From contig ADNK01003488.1 in NCBI GenBank assembly GCA_000320545.1, positions 2,303-66,302 on the forward strand: a stretch of 64,000 nucleotides of DNA, given 5' to 3'. The position numbers and the translations under genes were made by a program. Numbering within the stretch: the stretch's first letter is position 1; the number at the start of each line of letters is the position of its first letter. Shown piece after piece: positions 26,101 through 36,400 of the stretch. Origin of the DNA: Bigelowiella natans CCMP2755 (Eukaryota > Protista > Cercozoa). Below the pieces are notes generated by a model. It did not search any database. It saw only the letters and a program-made list of their open reading frames with translations, and was not told where the DNA came from.

Positions 26101-29100
26101 GATTGAATTGTTGGCACAGTATCCTTTCCTCCTCAGGATCAAGATCATCTACTGCCAAGTTGGAAGATGAAGTGTTGGCGGAGTTATTGTCCAACTCCAC
26201 TGCCCCATCATCGCCCCCATTCTTGTGCTCTTTTCTTGTGGCTTGCTGCTGCGTACTTTTCACCTCACTACCATCAACTAATTTTTGGTCGTGGTCGTTG
26301 TCGCGTATATTTTGTTGTCCTTGGATGATAGCAGTAGTAGCGTTTGTTTGAGACGGTGTCCCTTCTTCTTCTTGTTGATATTTTTGTTGTTGTCCTTGTT
26401 GTTCTACTAGTACATTGTTGTCTCCTCCTCCTCCTCCTCCTCCTCCTCCTCCTCCTTTTTGTTCTTGTTCTTGTTCTTCTCCGAAGCTCCTTCTGGTTTC
26501 CATCATAACAGAGGTTGAACCACCATCTAAGAACCCACGTTGGCGATTTGTTGTTAATATACTTGGTCGTTTCTCTGCTGGGTCCTGCATGAACTCCATT
26601 GTTCCTGCTTCTTCCAAGATGGTGCCCCCATTGCCGATTAACTCATGATCGTTGCCAGCATCATAATCGTCCTCCTTACTACTTTGTCGTTCTTTCCCCT
26701 CCTTATTATGTGATTGTTTCTGATTATCGTCACTATTATTATTATTATTAGTAGTAGTAGTAGTAGTAGCATTGGGTTGACTGAGTGATGATGCCGATCC
26801 TGTCACCATAGGCAAGAAGAATCCCTTAGCTGCTCCTGCTGCGACACTGCTGCCTCCTTGGTTACTTATTGGTTTTCTTTCGTTTTTATTCTTGCGTTGA
26901 ATTTTGCCTTCATCATCTTTCGGTCTTAATTTTTGATGTTTTTTCTTTTTTTCATCATCTTTTTCTTCGTCAACCTGATCATCATCACCTTCAAGATGAA
27001 CTATCTGAATTTCATCATCTACTTGATTATTAGTAGTATCATCATTTTGTTCTGCGATCATATTTTCTTGATCCGCTTTCAAGGCACTAGCACCGCTGTT
27101 CTCTGGGCCACACTCTTCTCCTCTTATAATTTGGTCCTCTTTTCTGATATTAGTTGCTTCAATATTGGTTTTAAGAGTAGACTTCCTTTCGGCACGCTGG
27201 ACCCCACTAGGTATAAAAAACTGGTGCTTATTTCCTTCATCTTTATGCTCATTTCCTGCATCTTGAACATCTTCAACGATTAGCCCTTTATTGACCACTG
27301 AAACACCATCTTCCTTTTGTATTGTGCTCGTTGGCGCACTACTAGTTGTTCGACTGTTTTTATCCATCTTATCTATATCGTTGTTCCCAACTTGATGATG
27401 ATGAGAAGGGGGAGGACTAGAAGATAGCTGTTCTACAGTGTTATCTTGAGTAGTCTGGGCGTGGTCAAAGTCTTTGATTTCTGTTAAAGATTGGTTAGTG
27501 CGAATGTGATGAAAAGGATGATTACTTCAAGAGGAAACGTTTTGATCATACATGATGATGAGATGATTGTATAAGCTAAAGTTGTTACCAGCTTTGCCGA
27601 CAATGTCCTCTTCAGCAACTTTGTCAATAGCATCGTCTTCTTTTTCTTCAACAGTATCAATAGTCCCGATTCTTAGATCACGATCCAATGATGGTGGATT
27701 ATCTTGATTCCATCCCTCGCCTTTAATCGTATCTGATTGATGTTCTCCTTTATTATCCTCATAGATAACGCCTTCTTCATGTTTAGTGCCGATCGTTTTT
27801 GTTTTCCCTTCTTCCTTAATATTCAAAATCTGAAACACAAAAGAGAGTTGAGTTTGGCTAATAAATTTGATAGAAATATTGATTGTGTAGTGAATGATTG
27901 CCTTGTCGACATCTGGCTGTTTCTGATCATCGTCGGGGGTTTCCTTGGGATTTGGTTTATGTCTTCTCGCGTCCCCCTTCATCGATTCAGACTCTGGGTC
28001 TTCTGCTCTTACCTTTTTCTCTGCAACAATTTTACCTTCTTTTTGGTCCTAAAATTAAAAATGGATCGAGTTGAAAATCATTTTATATTCAAGAATGCGG
28101 ACTAAATTATCACCTTATCCTTGTTTCTAGATCTTCCAAAAAATGAAAAGAACACACTCCTACACATTCATGCAATATTAAACAAATAATTCTTCATACT
28201 TAGCTGGGGCTGGGCAATTTACACATATTAACGTTAAAATTACTGTCTCTTCGATTTCGAAAATATTTCTGAAATCTTCACCGCCAATATCCTGTTAAAA
28301 AGCTACACAATCATATCATGTTTTCCCAACACCATAAAATCTGATTTTACTTTTTCCTTTTGAGAGCTAAAGTATCAATTTTATGCACCAGAGTCAACAC
28401 CCTGATAACCACCCATTGCATATGAACAAAAGGAAAAAAGAATTCACCGCCTTTGTAAATTTTACCTATCAAAGTCATCGTTTTTGACAGCTTCCTCCTT
28501 TTTTCCATGTAACTCGCCCATCTAAAGTTCAGCTTAGTATAAATAAGTCCGTTTGATTTCAGGGGTGAATAATTTTAACCTCGAAGTCGAATTTGTATTT
28601 ATCCCCGATCCTGGTTTCAGCCCTTTCACGTAGTAGCAATACCAAGAAATAACACGCTTAGTGTATTTCAAGCTATAAACACAAGCAATAATTTATTTGT
28701 TGATTAATTTCTACTTCGAGATTTTTTCCTTGAGTGCCCTAGCTTCTTTGTACCTCATTTGGTCCTTTGCCTAAGTTAAACACGACAGCTGCCTGTGAAA
28801 ACAGAGTACTTGCAATTCCAAATAATACATAAACCGTAAGGAGGAACGGTCATCCTCTACGATAACAAAACTATACTTGCTAAGTTACCATGCTCATCTC
28901 TTCTTTCGCGTTTGCTAGAACCAAATCTGCCTCTTTTTCCCAAGCCAATCCCTCTGAATCATTCCATCTTTCGACTTTATATTCTTCTTTAATTTCTTCC
29001 TTTTTGTCCACGGTTTTTGACGTAGAAATTGGTGTTAATGGGGCCTTGGCCATCGATGGCATACAAGCCTGTAATAATGAGTTGCAATGAAGTCATGCGG

Positions 29101-29193
29101 TCCTGGAAAATTACAAGAGTTTGTTGTACCTCCTGAATTAATCTTTCGTTATCCTTCCATACGCTCCCCATTCTGAGGAATCCATTATTACAA

Positions 29194-29239
<46 letters not shown>

Positions 29240-29296
29240 ATTCACGTTTTACCCAATTTCCAACTCGTCGGGAGGTTGTAAGAAAGGTGCGAACAT
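23174..29296 (-). CDS. NPHP1: Nephrocystin-1-like ciliary transition-zone protein with multiple EF-hands
   Basis: The C-terminal ~530 aa align by eye with the NPHP1 C-terminal domain (GMPTTYRLSAL, RRVRVCILDDNEPISNVH, LLIELSV, LACGFAVL, ELKVHGGTF, LPRNII, PDALQVLAEKW, YRPFN). EF-hand loops DVDGNGVIDNDE, DDNGNRTLGLEE, DKDGNGELGFKE, DKDSNGQVDVEE. Large last exon 23174-~27480. The small 5' exons and the start codon are uncertain. Confidence 0.8.
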
Positions 29297-30061
29297 CTTT
29301 GCTTTACAGTCTTTACACAGGTCACTGATCAGAGTCTAGTCGTTGTAACATCATCGTCATGTTCGTAGTCTTTTTCTTCTTCTTCTTTTTGTTCTACGCC
29401 GTTCTAATTGTCCAGGTACTCCCCCTCCTTCCTGGTTGTTCTTGTTTGTGATGATTGTGGAAGATGAGTAGTGGCAGTAGTAGTAGTTGTAGTTGTAAGT
29501 AGGTGGTTGATGTATGTAACGATGTGATTTCAAACCTGGAGCACATGTGAGTAAAAAAGAAGAACAACGAACGACGTTAATCAGTACATCAATCATTATT
29601 TACATGTCGTCTTAACAATATTGCCTCTCTTGCAATTCGATACACAAATTCCCGACACTGCCCGGGAATTTACTGATCGGGAATTTTGCCTTCTGGTCGC
29701 TCTTCTGCTTCCGTCTCTTGCAGGAGTCGCAGAGAGAGCTAGAGGGGGGTATCATCGGTAGTAGGTGGAGGGAGGGAGGGAGGGAGGGAGGGAGGGAGGG
29801 AGAGAGAGAGGGATTGATGATGACGACGATACTTATGATGATAATAGTGATGGTGATAATAATGAGCACTACGATAACAGACACGATGTCGTTGAGCCTG
29901 CTGCCATATATGCTCACCCTACCCCTCTTGGCTCAATTCCCCAGGTCTTCCATGCTCATAGTTGCTAGGAGACAAGAATGAAACAGATCACTAAATCAAA
30001 AATTTTGATACGAACTGGTTGTTGTTGTTGTTGTTGTTGTTCTTGTTGAGGTGTACAATAG

Positions 30062-31421
30062 CAGCTGGGATCTCGACATATGCTGTGGAGGTGCTTCCTG
30101 AAATTCACCATCCAGGTGGACTATTCCTTCGAAAAAGAACACAATATTACAAATCCCGCTACAACGTTCTGCCGATAACAAGTCGAACACGTTCTCCTCG
30201 TGAAAAATTGAAGGCTCGCTGTAGTTCCATTGATTCAGGTCGTACTGTAGTTCCTGGTTTGCACTTAATTGATGATGATGATGATGATACTGATGATGAT
30301 TATAATTATAATTATGACGATGATGATAATGATGATGATGATGACGACGATGGCGACGAAGCTCCTAAAAAACGCCGTTATTCTTCGTTATTCTAATAAA
30401 TAAAGCTTGTAACTATTAGGAATTGAATCCCTTCTTCCGAGAGACTCCGGTATGAAATTCTTTATTTACATTCTCTCGCGTCCTGATGCTGCTATTGCTG
30501 AAATTGACAGTAAAGAAAGATGCCATTCTAGCTGTACCACGTTCACATTGTTTCAATGTAATCACTAACTTCGAAGGTTTGTCAAATTTTCAACACTTTC
30601 CCTTACATCTCCAATCGTAGTTGTGTTGTGTATGGGAGTGGGGCATGGGTGGGTGGGAGGAGCACCTGTCGGTGAGCTTTTGTATGACGTTGTTGTCGTT
30701 GTTGTTGTTGTTGTTGTTGGTCCTGGAACGTATACAATGCTCCTTACCTTCCATGCAACAATCTCTCGTCGTCGTCAATTCTCATTAACTAATTATAAAT
30801 ATACCACCATCTTCTGCTGCCTCTATGCCTTTGGATGTGTATTCCTTACATTGTATCTTGTTACCTCCAAATTATGGAATGATTTTTTTAAAGAGTGTGT
30901 GCATGATTTCTTATTATCAAAGTTGAATTGTTTGACTAATGATCCAAACAATATTATATTTCATAACCCAGAATATCCTAAGTGGACTGGCGCTGTAAGT
31001 AAAGCAACTATATTGGAGTACGACGACTTGGTATGATGTGCATTTTTTGTTAGTCAGATAGTAAGAGGATTTTGAAATCTTTTTCTATTCTTCAGGGTCG
31101 TGGGAAAGTTGTGGCCTACGAAGCTGGGGCATTTGGTCTTACCGCTTCATATACTCTCTCATACACGTAAGTTGATAAAAACGCAATACGTGAATCCATA
31201 ACAATGTTTTTGCTAAGGTACGGAGGACAACATACACTTGCATGGGAATCGATAGCGGGGAGTATTAAAAAGATTGTAGGAGCCTACGATTTAGAGGACA
31301 AAAATGTATCTGAAAACTAGATAGAATTTTGTTGTCAGGAATAACCTTTTCTATATCCCAGGAAACCACAAAAGTTACTTACACCCTTGGGGTGGATCTA
31401 GGGTATAAAAGACACTCTCCT

Positions 31422-31458
<37 letters not shown>

Positions 31459-31463
31459 TCTCG

Positions 31464-31531
<68 letters not shown>

Positions 31532-31591
31532 CATAATTTGTATTGCGTGTAGTGCAGATTAAAACACACAATCACACACACACACACACAC

Positions 31592-31636
<45 letters not shown>

Positions 31637-31731
31637 ACAAAGGCTTAGTAAGCAGTTGAGTAAGATGAATATGGTTCAGTAATATGTCGAGTAAAGTGTA
31701 CAAGCAATATTTGCATAACAAATATATATAT

Positions 31732-31769
<38 letters not shown>

Positions 31770-32316
31770 CATTTGTATATGTATAGTGCATATATTATAA
31801 TTATAACATGAATTTCAAAAACAATGTAACTGATATGTGCACCCCAGGTTTTATCTTCCTTCGTATTTAAAGCGGTCTGTCACAAAATTGATAATATCTG
31901 TGGCACTTGGAGAGCTACGTCGGTTCTCGGAAAATACACTGGGGGAGTTCACTGTGAAGAATGCTGAAGCAATGAAAGAAGTGAAACATGATGACGATCC
32001 TGAGAACGAAATGGACGCTGACTGCAATTTGGCGACATACAAACGTTACTCGGAGACTGAAGAGGCTAAGCATGATGGAGTGCCGATGGAGGAAAGTGTT
32101 GTGAAGATTTCATCTGACACAAGTGACAATCTGGCGGACGCAAGCTGTCCCAAAATACCCATAGTCGAAAAATCAGATGTAGAACCGAAAGAGCCGATTC
32201 AAAAGCCCGAATCTAGACACGATGAAAGGATCCATCGAGTTCGCAAACGGGACAGGGTGCGAACTTGGATACGAGGTGTGCGGCAACGATTTTCAATCCG
32301 CAGGACTGGCAGTTAG
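30062..32316 (+). CDS. SRPBCC / polyketide cyclase-dehydrase (START-like) domain protein, multi-exon; true start is upstream, possibly an exon at ~29585-29757
   Basis: Spliced: AVPRSHCFNVITNFEEYPKWTGAVSKATILEYDDLGRGKVVAYEAGAFGLTASYTLSYTYGGQHTLAWESIAGSIKKIVGAYDLEDKNETTKVTYTLGVDLGFYLPSYLKRSVTKLIISVALGELRRFSE, which fits the SRPBCC cyclase pattern. Basic Ser/Arg-rich N-terminal extension. Confidence 0.8.
31425..31770. repeat. Compound dinucleotide microsatellites (TC)n (AC)n (AG)n (AT)n in intron
   Basis: Seen directly. Confidence 0.95.
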
Positions 32317-32319
32317 AGT

Positions 32320-33092
32320 TGATTGCGACGCATGTTTCTCAATGTGCATCATGACGATGTTGGTGGTGATGTCTCGATGACAATTCAAAGGGTGGTACAA
32401 CTGTGAGATGCCAGATCATGGAAATGAAGATGCTGCGGTGTGGAACACGCTAGCCAAGTGCAATGCAGAGCAACAATGCTGCAGGCGAATCAGTCTAGTC
32501 ATTCATTGATGCGCATGCACGGCTGAGCAGTGTTTGCATGCTTGGCATGTGGCTAGCTAGAAGCAGTGCTGAAATCTTCATGCGTCTGCAATTGCTGGAT
32601 TGCGTGGAAGTGACAAACCGCCGCGCATGAAGCTCTGAGCTCAACGTCTGTGAATTGCAGTCGTCAGGTGTGAACCTCCCGCATGAGCCATTCCCTCACC
32701 ATTTTGGTGTTGGAATTGCTTCGTTCACTTGCAGGCAACAGACACAACGCGTGTGATGCGTGTGTGGCATGCTCAACAAACTGTGTCCACACGACAGACA
32801 CTGCAACCAGACTGGCACACAAGGCAACGTGGCTGTTTGTTTCGCACGCTGGCACGTGCGGCCACGTGTGCATTTCAACGCCAGGACGTGGCTGTGCCTG
32901 GCAGTCGTTCACTTTTTCACTCATCAACCAATCACACAGCTAGACAGACAGTTGCGCGAAATTCCTGCATTTCGATGCTTGTGAAGTGCGAATGTGCCTG
33001 CTTCATTCACACGTTAGAAGAGAAGGGCAATGAGAAGAGGAGGAGGAGGAAGAGGAGGGGGAGGAGGAGGAGTGGGAAGAACAAAAAATGTT
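32320..33092. repeat. TpA-depleted island C, left part (continues 38809-39030 on the other side of the LTR element)
   Basis: Between 32400 and 33010 TA occurs only in CTAG. Shares segments with island A. Confidence 0.75.
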
Positions 33093-33418
33093 TGTAGCGC
33101 GTACCACTACGCGGGCACAAGTCACGTGCGACAACAAAGGGGTTGTCGCGGATATAGAATATAGATAACGTAGATATTAATACAGCATAGGCACGTGGGT
33201 TCCGGCGGGACTCATGGCAGCACACCGGAAGTGTGCTGCCCCACGTGCGGCGGCATTCGCGAAAGCTTCGCGAATGATTACGCAGTGCACGATTTAATAA
33301 AAATATAATCTTTAATAAAAATAAACACAACTCTTCAAAAGGAAGCAAACGTGCCTTTCCCCCCCCCTGCCTACTTGTGCACGTAGCGCCTCGGCCTGTG
33401 AACACCTTACGCGCAACA
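33093..33418 (+). repeat. 5' LTR
   Basis: tgtagcgcgta...tacgcgcaaca. Identical to 38483-38808 on line-by-line comparison. Contains a TATA-like tract and AATAAA. Confidence 0.97.
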
Positions 33419-33423
33419 ACCTT

Positions 33424-33445
33424 TGGCTTCCACACACGGGAAACG
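33424..33445 (+). promoter_or_regulatory. Primer-binding site (tggcttccacacacgggaaacg), complementary to a tRNA 3' end, Glu-like
   Basis: Begins TGG 5 nt after the LTR. Reverse complement cgtttcccgtgtgtggaagCCA resembles the T-arm and acceptor stem of tRNA-Glu. The tRNA identity is inferred. Confidence 0.75.
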
Positions 33446-33457
33446 ATTTGACTAACA

Positions 33458-36400
33458 ATGTCACAGCAGCTAGAAGAACAGCAGGACTTTGGCTCGCAGG
33501 CCGTGCAAGGGCACGAGCAGAAACAGGAAAGGAAGGGCGATACGGACGCTAAGGAAGGAGGAGGAACACCTCCACAGGCACCGCCGGGACCAGCACCCGG
33601 GATTAAGAAAGCAGATGCAGCAGCAGAGGCACTGGAGAACTTCTACGAGGCGGACGACGAGGACGTGGCCGCCGAAAGCAAGAAGGTCGTAATGGCATTA
33701 CGAGCCTTGCGACCCAGGGCGAGCAACTACGCCAAACTGAAAGTATCGATAGAATACAAGTATCAGACACATGATGTTTGGGCAGCTATCATGCAGGACA
33801 TCATGGATTACGAAGCAGACTTACCTCCAGAGTGGGCAGCTTTGTTTAGGAACGACGGGGGTCTGGGCGCCTCGCGGGGGACGACCCAGAGCACCGTCAA
33901 GCAGCAGCAGCCGGTACAGCGGAACACCCAGTTCATGTCTGTTAAAACAGCACCGGTTATGATAACGAAATACAACGGGAAAAGAGGTGAGGCAAGGAGG
34001 TGGTGGAAGAACGCTAGGAGTATACTCTGCGACTTTACCCCTAACCCCACCGAAAACGACAAGCTCAAATGGCTAGCTATAATAAAGCAAGCCATGGACC
34101 TTTACGAGACAGGCAGGACCCGGATCAGGCAGCTAGAGAAAATACACACTACAGTTAGTGGGCTACGAGACGTTGAGGCGATAATGAAGGCTTTTGTAAA
34201 TGAACAGGATGCTAACTCCCTACCCCAGGCTATTAGAAAATACAGAGCAATGATGCAGCATGAGAGAGAACCTGTTAGAGACTTTGCCACGCGCTTCCAG
34301 GATATGATCGACGAACTACATGATTTTAATTACAACACAGGTGATGATCAGGCAAGGTTTGAAGAGTTCAAGTTAAAGATAAAGGAATCCACTTACGTTA
34401 CGGAGAAAGGCTACACCACGATGGAGGCAGCAGTGCAGGCTATATCCCTACGCGAGCAGGAGCAGGACCGCAAGTTTACCAGCCCTAAGGTACCTGGCAT
34501 AGGAAACATTAACGCTATTAAGCCGCAGCGAGACTGGTACAAGGACAGGGAAGGTAACCGACGTTGCGGATACTGCTCACGTAAAGGGAAACACACCGCT
34601 AAAGACTGCAGAGACAGGAAAGAAGGACGACCCAGGATGACGATCAGGCAGCTCAACGAACACTACGAGAAGTTAAAGAGAAAGAAAGGCAGAGGACAAG
34701 GATATAACAACAGCAAATGGCAAGGCAGCAACAACGGGAAGAACAATAAATATAAGAACAAAAAGCAGAACAGTATCAATGCTATACAGCAGCAGATAAA
34801 CGGAATATTAGATCACCTTAAGCAGGCGCCGACGAAGACAGCAGTACCAGCAACGCAGGACCAAGACAAGCCCATGACCCTAGACGACATAAAGAACTTA
34901 GGAGTATGCAACATTAATGACGAAGACGCTAACAGGACTATCAAAGTTGCTATGACCAAGGTTAAAGTTAAAGACAGCTACGGAGACTACAAGAAACTAC
35001 CTGCCCTTTGGGATAGTGGCAGCATGCCGAAGTCCTTCATAAGCCTAAGCACAGTAAGAAGGTTAGGACTATTGGATCAAGTGACTAAGAAAGAACGTAA
35101 ATATGCTCAAGCAGACGGAAGCTCTTCCATGAAGACCGTCGGTGAGCTAATGCTAAAGCTACAGATACCTGGCAGCGACGCGGAGACCCAAATCAAGACC
35201 CGAGTAGCCATGACTTTATCCATGGAACTACTCCTCGGACAGGATGCCCTAGAAAAATTAGGGGGGATCATATCATTCTACAATCACAAGATATACTTTG
35301 CTAAGTTGCCAAAGAAGTCAGGCAGGACCATCAGCCAGAACATGATACGGCTTGACGAGTGGACCTCTGAGTCAAGCGTTAATGCGTTAGAGTTTATGGA
35401 CCTAGCGGACAACAAGCTACCTACACCTACCGAGCTACGGAAGAAGAACCCCGGCAAGACCATCCGACAGATAACGGAGCTACTGGACAAGACCCCCCCA
35501 GCTGATGATTGGGATATCGACAAAGGCAAAAAGTACATTAATAAAATATTAAACGAGAAGTACTCTGACATCACCAAGCCGACGACGAAGCCCTCCAGCA
35601 AGCTTACCCCAGTAAAGATCGAGCTAAAGAAGGGATACGAAGAGTGCATCATCAATGACCCAGAACATAGGCGACCGGAAGCGGACTGGGAAAAGATAGA
35701 GTGGCAGATCAATGAATGGGCAAAGGAAGGGAAGATAGAGCCAAGCAACTCACCATGGAACGTGAGACATGTGCTAGCTAAGAAACCTACTTACCCTTTC
35801 TTCCGCCTGGCGCACAACTTCATCCGCCACAACCGAGTAATAAAGAGGATCCAGACACCTACACCAAGGATAGATGACGTTATTGAACACGTCATAGGAT
35901 ACAAATACTACTCTTCCCTAGATAAAAATGAATCATACATGCAGACACCCATCCACAAAACCTCCCGCCCCATTACCGCGTTCTCCAGCAGGCACAGGAA
36001 GTGGCACTTCGTCGTATTCCCTTACGGCCTAAGCATATCAGGGGATGCGTTCAGTAGTCAGAACTACAGGGCATACACACATGATGGGATGGCGTCTGTG
36101 TTGTGGGTGTTTGTGTTTGTGTATGTGGATGATGACATAATATGTACCAACACAGTCGTCGCTCAGATCTTCCTCCTGGAAAATATATTTATTAGGTTTG
36201 CACACTTCGGTTTTACTATTAGACTGCAGAAGTGTACATTCCTAGCTACAAGAATCAAGTGGTGTGGATATTACCTGGAGCAAGGCCGCATCACCCCAAA
36301 CCCCGAGAAAGTAGCAGCACTACAGCAAGCCCCTAAACCTAAGAATGCAAAGGAGTTAAAGTCATTCTTGCAGACTGCAGCTTGGATACTACGTAGGTTC

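Noticed and set aside
33007-33435. Antisense ORF over the LTR, repeated at 38436-38960
   Set aside because: It is the same LTR sequence read twice, runs into unrelated flanks and has no protein features.
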